A stretch of 60,666 nt of DNA, the filler included. It is 7 parts of 7 records of this genome, joined end to end, with 100 filler letters (N's around TTAATTAATTAA, not from the genome) between each part and the next. Parts side by side here need not be neighbours in the genome. Positions count along the whole stretch, not along the records: positions 20,256 to 28,241 come from SRR31156797_90967; positions 28,342 to 34,594 come from SRR31156797_91522; 5 more parts are not named here. One strand, written 5' to 3'. Positions 20,323-30,565 of this stretch are shown in pieces. The notes below the pieces were generated by a model that saw nothing but the letters and a program-made list of their open reading frames with translations, was not told the DNA's origin and ran no database searches. Within the stretch, counting starts at the first letter, position 1; the number at the start of each line of letters is the position of its first letter. Position numbers and translations under genes: made by a program.

Positions 20323-20802
20323 CTACTTGTACGCTGCCAACTGGCGGGCTGTATCGCGGGAAATATCGCGGTCCTTGAGATCCTGCTTCTTGGAATGGAC
20401 GTTTTTGCCTCGGCCTAGACCAATCTGCACTTTGACCTTGCCGCGACTAAAATACATCTTCATGGGAATTACGGAGAGTCCTTTTTGCTCAGTCTTGGCC
20501 TTGAGCATGGCTATTTCCTGCTTGTGCAGCAACAACTGGCGAGGACGTTCCGGGTCGTGCTGATCATATACACCGGTCTTGTCATAGGGCGCGATGTGCA
20601 CGCCTATCAGATAGGCGGAGGCGTCACGGAATTGGACGTAGCCGTCCTTGAACGAAACCTGCCCGGCACGTAACGATTTGACTTCACTTCCAACCAGAGA
20701 GATGCCAGCCTCGAAAGTTTCGAGGATTTCGTATAACCGACGGGCCTGCTTGTTGGTGCCAATGGTATTTGCTGAGACTTTTCTTTTTTTCTTTTTTGCC
20801 AT
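20323..20802 (-). CDS. smpB: SsrA-binding protein
   Basis: [44 protein letters not shown]. Confidence 0.97.
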   Translation of the reverse strand: MAKKKKRKVSANTIGTNKQARRLYEILETFEAGISLVGSEVKSLRAGQVSFKDGYVQFRDASAYLIGVHIAPYDKTGVYDQHDPERPRQLLLHKQEIAMLKAKTEQKGLSVIPMKMYFSRGKVKVQIGLGRGKNVHSKKQDLKDRDISRDTARQLAAYK

Positions 20803-20811
20803 GTGATTCGC

Positions 20812-22596
20812 CTAGGAAGGCAGCTCGTCGTTTTCCAGTAGGGACGAGAAAAAGGATACTTCTTCTGGGAAGTGTTTGAAAACATTGTCCATTACCAGAT
20901 TATTAATGCGGCTGACAGTGCGGCATTCCAGCACGTCTTTAAGGAGAATTCGGCAATCGTGCATGTTGATTTGCCGGATAATCCGCTTGATGCCGGGAAT
21001 GGCCTGTGGGGTCATTGAAATGGAGTCGATGCCCATGCCGAGTAGAATGGGTACGCAGAACGGATCGGACGCCACTTCGCCACAGAGCGACACTTCTATG
21101 CCGGCCTGATGGGCCGCGTCAACTACCAATTTGATGGCGCGCAGAGTGGCGGGATGGAGCGGCTGGTACAGGTAGGATACATGCCGGTTTGTTCTGTCCA
21201 CGCCGATAGAGTACTGAATGAGGTCATTGGTACCGATGGAAAAGAAATCGACCTCGTGCGCCAGGAAGTCGGCGATCATGACGGCTGCTGGCAACTCAAT
21301 CATGGTGCCTACGGGCATATTCGGGTTGTAGTCGAGGCCTTCGCGGCGCAGTTCCGCCTTGGCCTGTGCGAGCCACGCCTTGGCCTGACGTACTTCCTTG
21401 ACCCCTGAAATCATGGGGAACATCATGGAAACGTTACCGTAGGCCGAAGCTCGCAGGATGGCCCGAAGTTGGGTTTTGAACAGCTGTGGATTTTTGAGGC
21501 AGAAACGGATGGCACGCAGTCCCATGGCCGGGTTTGCTTCGTTCAGCTCGCCGAAAGAAGCGATAAATTTGTCAGATCCAAGGTCCAGTGTACGGAAGAC
21601 CACCTTTCGTGGATACATGATGGAAGCGAGGTCGATATATTTCTCGGTTAACTCTTCTTCCGTGGGCAGTTCTGTCCTGTTTAGATAGGCGTATTCCGTG
21701 CGGTACAGACCGACACCCTCGCCGCCATTGTCCAGAACCGCGGCCACTTCTTCAACCAGTTCGATGTTGGACAGCACCTGCACCCGTGAACCGTCAAAGG
21801 TTTCTGCCGGGAGATGGCATTGGCGTTTGATCTTGCGGGAGTATGTTTCGAAATTGGCGGCACGTTCGTTGTAATCTTCGAGTTCTGACTCGGTGGGATT
21901 GACGATGATTTTTCCAGCCAATCCATCGATGATGACCAGATCGCCGTCACGTACTGAGTCTTCAAGCTTGTCCACACCCACCAGAGCGGGGATAGCCAAG
22001 GAGCGGGCCATGATGCCGGTATGCGAGGTCTTGCCGCCGCGAACAGTGGCAAAGGCCATGATTTTGTCGACCTGCAACTCGACGGTGTCGGCAGGGGTCA
22101 GGTCATGGGCCATGATGATGGCACGACCAGAGATGGCGGTCAGGTCGGTTTCAACACCCATAAGTTTGGTCTGAACTCTGTCGGCCACCACGCGCACGTC
22201 CTGCATGCGTTCGCGAATATATTGGTCATGGATGGCTCCGAATGCCGCTTCCTGGTCGGCCACGGCTTTTTCGAGTGCCCAAGCCGCGTTCAGTCCGAGT
22301 GATTTAATGTACCCTTCGGCTGTGCTGGAGAGCTTGGGGTCCTTGAGCATCATCAGATGAGTGTCGATAAGAGACCCGTGACTCTTCAGTTCCTCAGGAA
22401 CCTGCTCACGGATAACAGTCAGTTCGTTTTCGACTGTGGTGAAAGCGTCCTTGAGACGGATGATTTCATCAGGCACCAAAGCCGCTGCCACTGTCTGCCG
22501 GGGCAGGTGTGCCATGTGGTTCCGGTTGACGAAATAGGCCTTGCCAATCGCTATGCCTGTGGCAACCGGTATGCCTGTGATAATCGCGCCAGCCAT
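20812..22596 (-). CDS. ptsI: PTS enzyme I (PEP-protein phosphotransferase)
   Basis: GGKTSHTGIMARS phospho-His motif, GVGLYRTE, FSIGTNDLIQY, LCGE. Confidence 0.96.
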   Translation of the reverse strand: MAGAIITGIPVATGIAIGKAYFVNRNHMAHLPRQTVAAALVPDEIIRLKDAFTTVENELTVIREQVPEELKSHGSLIDTHLMMLKDPKLSSTAEGYIKSLGLNAAWALEKAVADQEAAFGAIHDQYIRERMQDVRVVADRVQTKLMGVETDLTAISGRAIIMAHDLTPADTVELQVDKIMAFATVRGGKTSHTGIMARSLAIPALVGVDKLEDSVRDGDLVIIDGLAGKIIVNPTESELEDYNERAANFETYSRKIKRQCHLPAETFDGSRVQVLSNIELVEEVAAVLDNGGEGVGLYRTEYAYLNRTELPTEEELTEKYIDLASIMYPRKVVFRTLDLGSDKFIASFGELNEANPAMGLRAIRFCLKNPQLFKTQLRAILRASAYGNVSMMFPMISGVKEVRQAKAWLAQAKAELRREGLDYNPNMPVGTMIELPAAVMIADFLAHEVDFFSIGTNDLIQYSIGVDRTNRHVSYLYQPLHPATLRAIKLVVDAAHQAGIEVSLCGEVASDPFCVPILLGMGIDSISMTPQAIPGIKRIIRQINMHDCRILLKDVLECRTVSRINNLVMDNVFKHFPEEVSFFSSLLENDELPS

Positions 22597-22899
22597 TTAT
22601 CCCTCGAATTTGTTTTTGAACAGTTGTTCGAGCCGCGTGAGCGCCTCTTCGGCATCTGCTCCTGCTGCTCGTAGTTCGAGCACGTGGCCCGGTTCGGCGG
22701 CAAGGGTGAGGATGTCGAGAATGGACTTGGCATCCGCTTCCTGGTCCTGATGGACCAATGTGATAGCGGATTCAAAGGACTGTGCCTCTTGGGCAAGACG
22801 ACCAGCGGGACGGGCATGGAGTCCGTTTTCACTGGCGACAATTACTTGCCGGGAGATAAAATCTCCTGTGGCTGAGTCTGTTGTGGTTTCGTCCGTCAT
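22597..22899 (-). CDS. ptsH: Phosphocarrier protein HPr
   Basis: GLHARPA (His15 motif) and ADAKSIL (Ser46 motif). Confidence 0.95.
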   Translation of the reverse strand: MTDETTTDSATGDFISRQVIVASENGLHARPAGRLAQEAQSFESAITLVHQDQEADAKSILDILTLAAEPGHVLELRAAGADAEEALTRLEQLFKNKFEG

Positions 22900-22948
22900 A
22901 TATATACCTACCTATTCAAACCTTTTTTATGTCTGATTGAAAGGAAAA

Positions 22949-23737
22949 TCACAAGGCAAATCCAGTCCAGCCTGTTTCGTTGATCCAAGTGAAAAGATCG
23001 ACAAGGCCGACAAAGACGGCCACGGCCAGTACGCGGGACAATAATCCCGTTCGTACAAAACGGCCAAACAGAAGTAATGCACTGACGCCGAGCAGGAGTT
23101 CCCACCATTGATAGGGGCGTGGCCAGATGAGCGTCCAAAGCCAGAGCAGCAACGCTGCATTGGCGTATTTGACTCGACGTCCCCAGTTGATCAGATCCCA
23201 TTGTTTGAGTTGTTTCAGAAATTTGAATCCCTGACGTACTCCGCAGGTGAATGTATAAATGCGGAATGCCTGCAATGCGGCGAGAAACAACAGTCCAATG
23301 GCAAAAGCAAGGTGAGAGTAACCACTGAGCAACAAGCAGATGGACAACATTGCCCAGAAAATCAGAAGGCTTCCGGCGAAAACCGAGTCTCCGATGGCGG
23401 ATAGGGAATACGATGTCGTATCTTTGACCTTTGCCAGCATTTTGGGTGGAAAATGGTCAGTGGCAATGGCTTGTTCCACATTGAGCAAGATGCCGACAAG
23501 GCATGGCGTCCAGAAAGGATGGGATTGATAATGTCGGACATATCGCTTGAGGGCCGCTCGGAGTTTTTTAGGGTCAGAGTGAATGGCCGTAAGTCCCGGT
23601 TGCATGGCGTACATGAGACCGATGTTTTGCATGCCACGTGTGTTGAATCCCGCACCAGCCAGATAGCAGCGCATGAAGCTGCGTACAAAGGCCATGGACT
23701 TTGAGTCCGTATGGAGGGGGAATCCTTTTACGTGCAT
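22949..23737 (-). CDS. PTS mannose/fructose/sorbose family IID-like subunit
   Basis: FN..GMQNIG, HYQSHPF, LSAIGDSVF; co-oriented with ptsH and ptsI. Confidence 0.85.
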   Translation of the reverse strand: MHVKGFPLHTDSKSMAFVRSFMRCYLAGAGFNTRGMQNIGLMYAMQPGLTAIHSDPKKLRAALKRYVRHYQSHPFWTPCLVGILLNVEQAIATDHFPPKMLAKVKDTTSYSLSAIGDSVFAGSLLIFWAMLSICLLLSGYSHLAFAIGLLFLAALQAFRIYTFTCGVRQGFKFLKQLKQWDLINWGRRVKYANAALLLWLWTLIWPRPYQWWELLLGVSALLLFGRFVRTGLLSRVLAVAVFVGLVDLFTWINETGWTGFAL

Positions 23738-23747
23738 GATGAATTGG

Positions 23748-24299
23748 CTATCGTTGCCCCGGCAGAAGGTTCAAACGGATAAGGTACTTGCAACAGGCTA
23801 CGGCGGCCACGATTTTGATTGCATCCCATGGGATAAATGGAATCACGCCCGCCATGAGAGCTTTATGCCAGCTTAAATTCAGGGCGAATTTGAGCCACGC
23901 TGCACCAGTGGAATAGACGGCCAGAAGCGCTCCCAATCCCCAGATGAGTCCCATGACCCAATGCAGGTTCGGGCTGGTTTTACGGGCCATGCCGCACATC
24001 CATGCAGAGATAACGAAGCCGAACAGGTATCCGCCCGTGGGGCCGATCAGATGGCCAAGGCCGGATTTGCCGCCGGAAAACACTGGCAGTCCGATGGTTC
24101 CGGCCAGCAGATAAAGGCCGACAGCCAACACACCGCGTTTGGGGCCGAGTATATATCCGGCTAGAAAAATAAAAAAGGGCTGCATGGAAACAGGTACCGG
24201 GCCGATGGGCACGACAAGGTATGCCCCTGCGCCGATCAGCGCGGCCATGAGCGCGGTCCAGACAAGCTGGTGGAGGTCCATGAGAGAATCGTTCGTCAT
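23748..24299 (-). CDS. bioY: Biotin transporter BioY
   Basis: PVPVSMQ, GLPVFSGG.SG..HL.GPTGGYL.GF, PFIPWD..K. Confidence 0.93.
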   Translation of the reverse strand: MTNDSLMDLHQLVWTALMAALIGAGAYLVVPIGPVPVSMQPFFIFLAGYILGPKRGVLAVGLYLLAGTIGLPVFSGGKSGLGHLIGPTGGYLFGFVISAWMCGMARKTSPNLHWVMGLIWGLGALLAVYSTGAAWLKFALNLSWHKALMAGVIPFIPWDAIKIVAAVACCKYLIRLNLLPGQR

Positions 24300-24305
24300 T
24301 GCGGA

Positions 24306-25280
24306 TTACTCTGTTTCCGGTTGTAAACCGGCATGGTTAATATCCTCAAGGTCAGATGTCACGTTGCCACCTTTAACAGTCAAATAGTCGCCGACCATCA
24401 GACCGTTTACGCCGGAACCGAGCAGTTCGGCCTTGCGATTTTCTCCGAACACGGTCAATCGGCCACCGCAGATGCGCAGGGCGCGGTTCGGTAGCAGGAA
24501 CCTGTATAGGGCCACGAGTTTGAGGGCTTCTTCCGGGGCCAGAGGTTTCCTTTTTTCAAGCGGAGTCCCTGTTATGGGGTGCAAAAAATTGATCGGTACG
24601 GAATGCACACCCAGTTCATTCAACAACAGGGCAAGTTCAACCCGGTCGTCCCACGACTCTCCAATGCCGAAAATACCACCGGAGCAGACATAAAGTCCGG
24701 CCTTGATTCCTGCCTGAACAGCGGCCACGTCCTCAGCGTATTCGTGCGTTGTGCACATTTGCGGAAAGAACGAAGCCGATGTTTCCAGATTGTGATGATA
24801 ACCTTTCAACCCCGCATTTTTCAATGCTTTTAATTGGGCTGGTTTTAAAATGCCCGGAGAGAGGTCTGGAGCCATGCCGAGTGCGGCCACTTTTCTGACC
24901 GCTTCGGTAAATCCGGCCAAGTCGCGTTCGCCGACCAACTTGCCACTGGCGACGATGCCGAATCGGGTGACGCCATTCTTTTGGGCAGAGGCCGCCGCTG
25001 TGGCGATCTCATCAGCAGGAAGTAAAGGATATTCCGGGCTTTTGCCGCCGTGATGGCCGGATTGAGCACAAAAAGAGCAGTCTTCCGAGCATGTGCCGGA
25101 TTTAGCATTAATGATGGCGCACAGGCTGACCTGTGTGCCGAATCGGGCTGTTCTGATAGTGTGGGCACAGGTCAGCAATTCACCCAATCTGTCAGAGGGA
25201 AGAGTAACGATGTATCGAATATCGGAGTCCGCAAGGGGGTGTCCGTCAAGGACTTTGCGGCATATGGCTTGTAAACTCAT
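24306..25280 (-). CDS. bioB: Biotin synthase (radical SAM)
   Basis: IINAKSGTCSEDCSFCAQS, YHHNLET, VCSGGIFG.GE, SVPINFL.P..GTP, GDYLT. Confidence 0.93.
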   Translation of the reverse strand: MSLQAICRKVLDGHPLADSDIRYIVTLPSDRLGELLTCAHTIRTARFGTQVSLCAIINAKSGTCSEDCSFCAQSGHHGGKSPEYPLLPADEIATAAASAQKNGVTRFGIVASGKLVGERDLAGFTEAVRKVAALGMAPDLSPGILKPAQLKALKNAGLKGYHHNLETSASFFPQMCTTHEYAEDVAAVQAGIKAGLYVCSGGIFGIGESWDDRVELALLLNELGVHSVPINFLHPITGTPLEKRKPLAPEEALKLVALYRFLLPNRALRICGGRLTVFGENRKAELLGSGVNGLMVGDYLTVKGGNVTSDLEDINHAGLQPETE

Positions 25281-25482
25281 AGGGATGCCTTTGGCTGGAA
25301 TCGTTGGCCGCACACTGTTTTTCCTGCGGCCAGCACGCTGTTTGTGTGACAGGCACAAGGAGAAGTCAAGTTGAGCGAAAAGCTGCACTTTTCGTTATGT
25401 GAAAAATAGAATTTGAAAAGGCTATTGACCCAACGCGAAAAAGGGATAGAATCTTGGTTGGAAATTTGAGGAGGTACTTTTT

Positions 25483-25698
25483 ATGTATTTGGAATTATTC
25501 TTTTTTGGTGTGATCTTACCCTTTGCGTTCGTCGCATTGTTCATGGGTATGGAACACTCGTTTTCAACACACTTTTTGAAAAAACATTCTTTCTTGCGCC
25601 GTTGGACAGCTCGTTTCTGCAAACGGTACCCCGTCTTGTGTGATGACGACGCTACCTTCTACTGCTTTTTCAGGAGAGACGCTTTTCATCGTAGATGA
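25483..25698 (+). CDS. Small single-pass membrane protein, unknown function
   Basis: Strong GAGGAGG RBS, N-terminal hydrophobic helix, followed by a terminator. Confidence 0.6.
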   Translation: MYLELFFFGVILPFAFVALFMGMEHSFSTHFLKKHSFLRRWTARFCKRYPVLCDDDATFYCFFRRDAFHRR

Positions 25699-25728
25699 TT
25701 GACGCGTTGACACTCTCTTGAAAAATCA

Positions 25729-25774
25729 GAAGGCCGGAAGCCGGGATTATCCCCGCTTCCGGCCTTCCGCTTTT
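25729..25774. terminator. Bidirectional terminator
   Basis: GAAGGCCGGAAGC/GCTTCCGGCCTTC perfect 13-bp stem between convergent genes. Confidence 0.8.
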
Positions 25775-25785
25775 ATCAAGTTTTT

Positions 25786-26613
25786 TTAATCGCGCATGGC
25801 GGCATACACTTCTTTTGAAGTCCAACCAGTCGCTCTGTCTGCCACTCGTCTGGCGATCTCCTTGGGCTTGCCACCGTTTTCGGATTCTTCCGCAAGCATA
25901 TCGGCAATTTTTGTTGCATCGGTGCGGCCTGTTTCCTTGGGCGGAGCGATGATGACGGTCAGTTCGCCGCGCAGGTCAAGGTCCATATTCTTGATGGAGC
26001 CAAGCGTGCCCCGGATAAATTCTTCATATTCCTTGGTCAGTTCCCGTGCCACGCAGAATTCTCGGTCGCCCAGTATTTCAAAGGCGATAGACAGTGTTCC
26101 GGTGAGTCGGGATTTGCGTTCGAAAAAGACCAGTGTGGCCCCGGTGTCACGGTGGGTTTCGAAAAGCTTTTCGGTGTGGCTCTTCTTGCGTGGGGGAAAC
26201 CCGAGAAAGGTATAAGGCAAGGGCGGCAAGCCGCTGGCGGATAATGCCACCACAGGTGCGCTTGGTCCCGGCACCGGAGAAACTCGGATGTCGCTATCAC
26301 GGCAAGCGCGGACCAATGTGAAACCGGGGTCGGACAAGAGCGGGGTTCCGGCGTCGGAGATAAGAGCCACTTCAAGGCCTTCTTTCAGCAGATCGAGCAC
26401 CTTGGGTATTTTTTTGTCTTCGTTGTGTTCGAAAAAAGACATGAGTCGACCATGCCGTTCCAGTTCCAGTCGTTTGAACAACAGACCGGCCCGGCGTGTG
26501 TCCTCGGCCAGAATAACGTCCGCTTCGGTCAGTATGTGCCGTGCGCGTGGCGATAGGTCGCCTGTGTTGCCCAGTGGGGTGGCTATCACCCAGAGTGTGC
26601 CGGTATCGTTCAT
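25786..26613 (-). CDS. rsmI: 16S rRNA C1402 2'-O-methyltransferase
   Basis: ATPLGN.GD.SPRA, AEDTR, SDAGTP.LSDPG, PVPGPSA, RELTK.YEE. Confidence 0.95.
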   Translation of the reverse strand: MNDTGTLWVIATPLGNTGDLSPRARHILTEADVILAEDTRRAGLLFKRLELERHGRLMSFFEHNEDKKIPKVLDLLKEGLEVALISDAGTPLLSDPGFTLVRACRDSDIRVSPVPGPSAPVVALSASGLPPLPYTFLGFPPRKKSHTEKLFETHRDTGATLVFFERKSRLTGTLSIAFEILGDREFCVARELTKEYEEFIRGTLGSIKNMDLDLRGELTVIIAPPKETGRTDATKIADMLAEESENGGKPKEIARRVADRATGWTSKEVYAAMRD

Positions 26614-27002
26614 ATTCCCATTCCGCTCAGGTCAAATGCGTTTTCACAATGTTCAACATCCATGGATGATCCCGTGTTTATCACTGCGGCCAGATCAAAT
26701 CGACAAGGATCATCCCACAGGTCATTTTGCGTCAGATAATAACTGGCCGCTTTGACCAGTCGGGCCTGCTTTTTTCGGGTTAATCCGTCTGCCGGGGACG
26801 CCATGGAATTGGCTTTTCGTGTTTTTACTTCCACGAACACAAGAGTGTCCCGGTCCCGACAGATGAGGTCTAGTTCCCACTGACGATATCGCCAATTCCG
26901 TTCCAGCACGCGAAAACCTTTGGTCTCAAGATACCGCGCTGCTGCGCTTTCGCCCAAATTGCCAGTACGTTTTGATGGCAGAAGTTTTGATAAAAGCCCC
27001 AT
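26610..27002 (-). CDS. yraN: YraN family endonuclease-like protein
   Basis: G..GE..A..YL, RNWR, ELDLI, LVFVEVKTR, RFD. Confidence 0.92.
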   Translation of the reverse strand: MGLLSKLLPSKRTGNLGESAAARYLETKGFRVLERNWRYRQWELDLICRDRDTLVFVEVKTRKANSMASPADGLTRKKQARLVKAASYYLTQNDLWDDPCRFDLAAVINTGSSMDVEHCENAFDLSGMGI

Positions 27003-27093
27003 GGGTGGGATTGATAGCACAGGGCGTGATGACTTGCCAGAATGCTTCCCCGGCAGTGAAACATGGTGTACAGTCATTGCTGGAGATAATATT

Positions 27094-28200
27094 ATGCTTA
27101 AATACGCAATGATAGGTGGTGGTCCCGGAGCCTTTGTTGGAGAAGTTCATCGGACCGCATTGGCCTTGAACGGACAGGCAAAGTTGGTGGCCGGATGCTT
27201 TTCCCGTGATTTGGAAAAGACGCGCACGCTTGGCGCGGAGCTTGGGTTGGCGGAAGATCGGTTGTACGCCACGCCAGAGGAATTATCCCGGTTGGAAGCT
27301 GGCGATATTGATTTTGCGGTGGTGGTTACTTCAAACGAAGCGCACTACCCCAACGTGAAGGCGTGTCTTGAGAACGGTATCCATGTTATGTGCGACAAGC
27401 CGTTTACCCATACTTCGGCACAGGCTGAGGAGTTGGTGGAGCTTGCCCGCGACAGGGGTTTGTTTCTCGGCGTATCTTATACCTATGCAGGTTATCCCAT
27501 GGTTCGGCAGATGCGGGAAATGATTTTGCGTGGTGACATCGGTGCGGTCCGATTCATCAACTGTGAATATCCGCAGGGGTGGCTGGCTGAGATGTTGGAA
27601 ACAACCGGGCACATCCAAGCGGAATGGCGGGCTGATCCGGTGCGGAGCGGAGGAACGTTGTCGCTTGGCGATGTCGGTTCCCACATTGAATATCTCGTGC
27701 CGCACGTGACCGGTTTGAAGGTTACGCGACTGGCCGCTCGATTGGATTCATTGGTGGAAGGGCGATTGCTCGACGATAACGGCACCATTTTGACTGAATA
27801 TGATTCTGGTGCGCGGGGTATGTATTGGTATTCGCAGGCTGCCACCGGCATGGTCAATGGATTGAAAATTCGTGTTTTTGGTGAAACTGGCGGGTTGGAG
27901 TGGTTTCAGGAAGACCCGGATATTTTGTATCATATGCCGCTTGGTGAGTCGGCTCGGAAGATTCGGCGCGGGACGCCTGATTTGACGCCGGGGGCGATGG
28001 CGTATTCGCATACGCCGCCGGGGCATCCCGAGGGATGGTTGCTGGCGTTTGCTAATATTTATACCTCATTTTGCAACACGTTGGTTGATGGTGAGGCTGT
28101 CGATTTCCCGACTGGGGAGGATGGGGTGCGTGGAGTGAGGTTTATGGAGGCTTGTCTTGAGAGTTCGAAGAATGACATGGCATGGATTGATATGACGTAA
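27094..28200 (+). CDS. Gfo/Idh/MocA family oxidoreductase
   Basis: MIGGG.GAFVG.VH, HVMCDKP, EYPQGWL, GDVGSH, PPGHPEG; GGAG RBS. Confidence 0.9.
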   Translation: MLKYAMIGGGPGAFVGEVHRTALALNGQAKLVAGCFSRDLEKTRTLGAELGLAEDRLYATPEELSRLEAGDIDFAVVVTSNEAHYPNVKACLENGIHVMCDKPFTHTSAQAEELVELARDRGLFLGVSYTYAGYPMVRQMREMILRGDIGAVRFINCEYPQGWLAEMLETTGHIQAEWRADPVRSGGTLSLGDVGSHIEYLVPHVTGLKVTRLAARLDSLVEGRLLDDNGTILTEYDSGARGMYWYSQAATGMVNGLKIRVFGETGGLEWFQEDPDILYHMPLGESARKIRRGTPDLTPGAMAYSHTPPGHPEGWLLAFANIYTSFCNTLVDGEAVDFPTGEDGVRGVRFMEACLESSKNDMAWIDMT

Positions 28201-28219
28201 TTCTTTTTGAGTTGAAGCA

Positions 28220-28239
28220 GTCGGGGTTTAAACCCCGAC
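28220..28239. repeat. Perfect palindrome at contig end (REP-like or terminator stem)
   Basis: GTCGGGGTTTAAACCCCGAC is its own reverse complement. Confidence 0.6.
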
Positions 28240-28241
28240 GG

Positions 28242-28341
28242 NNNNNNNNNNNNNNNNNNNNNNNNNNNNNNNNNNNNNNNNNNNNTTAATTAATTAANNN
28301 NNNNNNNNNNNNNNNNNNNNNNNNNNNNNNNNNNNNNNNNN
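28242..28341. other. Artificial contig spacer
   Basis: N-run with central TTAATTAATTAA. Confidence 0.99.
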
Positions 28342-29186
28342 ATCAACGCCTGGTCGTGATACATGCATAGAGCGGCGTCGTATGTCGAGCGCGCCCGTGG
28401 CGTGAACATGGTGTCGGGCGGATAGGGCCCGGTGACATTGATGCCGGCGTCTCGCAGAGCGGCGATTGCCGGGGCGATGATGCGAATTTCTTCATTGCCC
28501 ATGGCGCCGTTCTCGCCGGCATGAGGATTGAGGCCGGCGATCGCCAGGCGCGGCCGTTCGACTCCGAAATCCCGTTTCAGCGCCTGTATCGTCACCTCGG
28601 CCGTCGCCCGAATGGACTCCGTATTCAAATCCATCAATACCTGGGCAAGGCTAATGTGAATGGTGACGGGCACGACCTTGAGCTTGCTGCAGGCCAGCAT
28701 CATAACCGGCGGCGTCGCCGATTCGGACAGCGCTGCCAGGTATTCGGTGTGGCCCGGATAGTTGAAGCCGGCGGCATAGAGGCATCCCTTGTGAATGGGA
28801 TTGGTGACGACGGCCGAGGCCTCGCGTCGGCGAACCAAGGCCACGGCGCGTTCGATGGCACCGCAAACAGCCGGTGCGTTAGCCTCGTCAAGGACACCCG
28901 GGCGTGACGGAACCGCAAGCGGATGGTGCAAAACGGGTAGCGCCCGATCGAACATTGGAACTGCATCCGCCGGTGTCTCGATCGGCTCGACCGGCACGCC
29001 CAATCCCAATTTTTCAGAGATCGATTTTAGACGGTCGATATCGTCGATGGCGAAAAAGCAAGAAATCCGCCGCCGGTCGATCCACGATTTTAGGGTAATT
29101 TCGCCGCCAATGCCGGCCGGTTCGCCCATGGTAAGCGCGACGGGAAGGGAAGTGACGCGTGCGTCCGTGAACTGGGATTGGGTCAT
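28342..29186 (-). CDS. pdxA: 4-hydroxythreonine-4-phosphate dehydrogenase (3' truncated)
   Basis: TMGEPAGIGGE, TNPIHK, PGHTEYL, GLNPHAGE, MYHDQ. Confidence 0.95.
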
Positions 29187-30439
29187 AACCTGACATCAAT
29201 GAAGGCGGCGCGGCGCAAATCCCTCAGATAACGCCGGGCGGCCGCGTCCCTGCGTTGTTGGAACAGCATATTTTCAATGCGTGTTCGAACGGTTTCCGGT
29301 CCCGAATCTCCGCTGCGTTCGCATACCATCAGGACGATCACGCCGGTCTCGGTCTCAATCGGTTTGCTTGGCTGGCCGATGGCGAGGTCCTCGACCGCCG
29401 CCCTCAGCAAATCGGGCATCGCCGACAGTTTGACCGTACCCAGACTGCCTGACTGCGGAGTCCCCAGCTCACGGCCCAGTGATTCCATGTCGGCGCAACT
29501 GGCAGCTTTTGCCGATATGGCCGCCGCCTGTTCAATCTGTTGTGCCGAATTTTCGGCACTCGCGTCGATTGCCATCGGGAAAAACAGTTGTTGCAGGACG
29601 AGCGAAATATCCGGTCCTTCCAGGCCCTTGGCGATTCGCCGCTGACGCAACAAAAGAATGTGGTAGCCGGAAATCGTCCGTAGAGGCCCGGCAATGGATG
29701 ACGGTTTCATTTTCGACACCGTTGCATCCAGTTCGGCGTCCAGTTCGCCTTGACGGATCCAGCCCAGGTCGCCGCCGACTGCCGCAGCGGCGTTTTGAGA
29801 GAAGTTACGCGCCAACGCCGGAAAATTGGCACCGCTTTTCAATTGCTGCATGATGCGGTTTGCGAGTTGTTTGACGCCGCCTTCATTATTCGCATCGTCG
29901 ACCCGCAGGAATATCTCGGCCAATAGATGTTCGGGTTTTCCCTTCGCTTCGTCCAGTCGCGCGATTGTTTCATCGATTTCCTCGGCCCCGACCTGAATCT
30001 GCGGTCGAATTCGCCTTCCGATGACTTTGGCCCAGGCAATCTCCGGCTCGACCTGATTTATGAGCGCAAGTTTGTCGATGCCGAGGCTTTGCAAATGGGC
30101 GTCAAGTTTCCCGGGTTCGACATTGTTCTGGCTTTCGATCCCGGCCAGCGCTCTTTCAAGATCTGCGTCGGTCACCCGGATATTCAGGCGCTTGGCTTCT
30201 TGTTGTTGTAGGGATTCATCGATCAGTCGCCGAAGAATCTGCGGCGCCAAGCGACGCCGTGTCTCGTTGTTGTCCGGTAACTTGGATCCCGAGATCACCA
30301 AAGACAGGCGCATTTCAAGGTCGAAAAACGAAATGACCTCATCATTCACGATGGCGGCAATTCTCTCGACGCTTTGCCCGAAAACCGGAGCGACCGGGAT
30401 GGCCAATAAAAATGCGAGCAATGCGAATACGCGTCTCAT
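29183..30439 (-). CDS. surA: SurA-like periplasmic chaperone/PPIase
   Basis: Signal peptide, IAAIVNDEVIS, parvulin F..LAR.FS...GGDLGW; lies between lptD and pdxA. Confidence 0.88.
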   Translation of the reverse strand: MRRVFALLAFLLAIPVAPVFGQSVERIAAIVNDEVISFFDLEMRLSLVISGSKLPDNNETRRRLAPQILRRLIDESLQQQEAKRLNIRVTDADLERALAGIESQNNVEPGKLDAHLQSLGIDKLALINQVEPEIAWAKVIGRRIRPQIQVGAEEIDETIARLDEAKGKPEHLLAEIFLRVDDANNEGGVKQLANRIMQQLKSGANFPALARNFSQNAAAAVGGDLGWIRQGELDAELDATVSKMKPSSIAGPLRTISGYHILLLRQRRIAKGLEGPDISLVLQQLFFPMAIDASAENSAQQIEQAAAISAKAASCADMESLGRELGTPQSGSLGTVKLSAMPDLLRAAVEDLAIGQPSKPIETETGVIVLMVCERSGDSGPETVRTRIENMLFQQRRDAAARRYLRDLRRAAFIDVRL

Positions 30440-30565
30440 CGATCTCCATCCGATTGGACTGGTTTGGATCAATTCTTGCGGGTTGATCATACGCCGTGCC
30501 AAACGCGCACGGCAATTCTCGAAATTCCGATTGCCCGCATGATTCCAACGGTCCGGTTCTGTGGC

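Noticed and set aside
25281..25482. BirA operator upstream of bioB
   Set aside because: No TGTAAAC-N14/16-GTTTACA-like palindrome could be identified.
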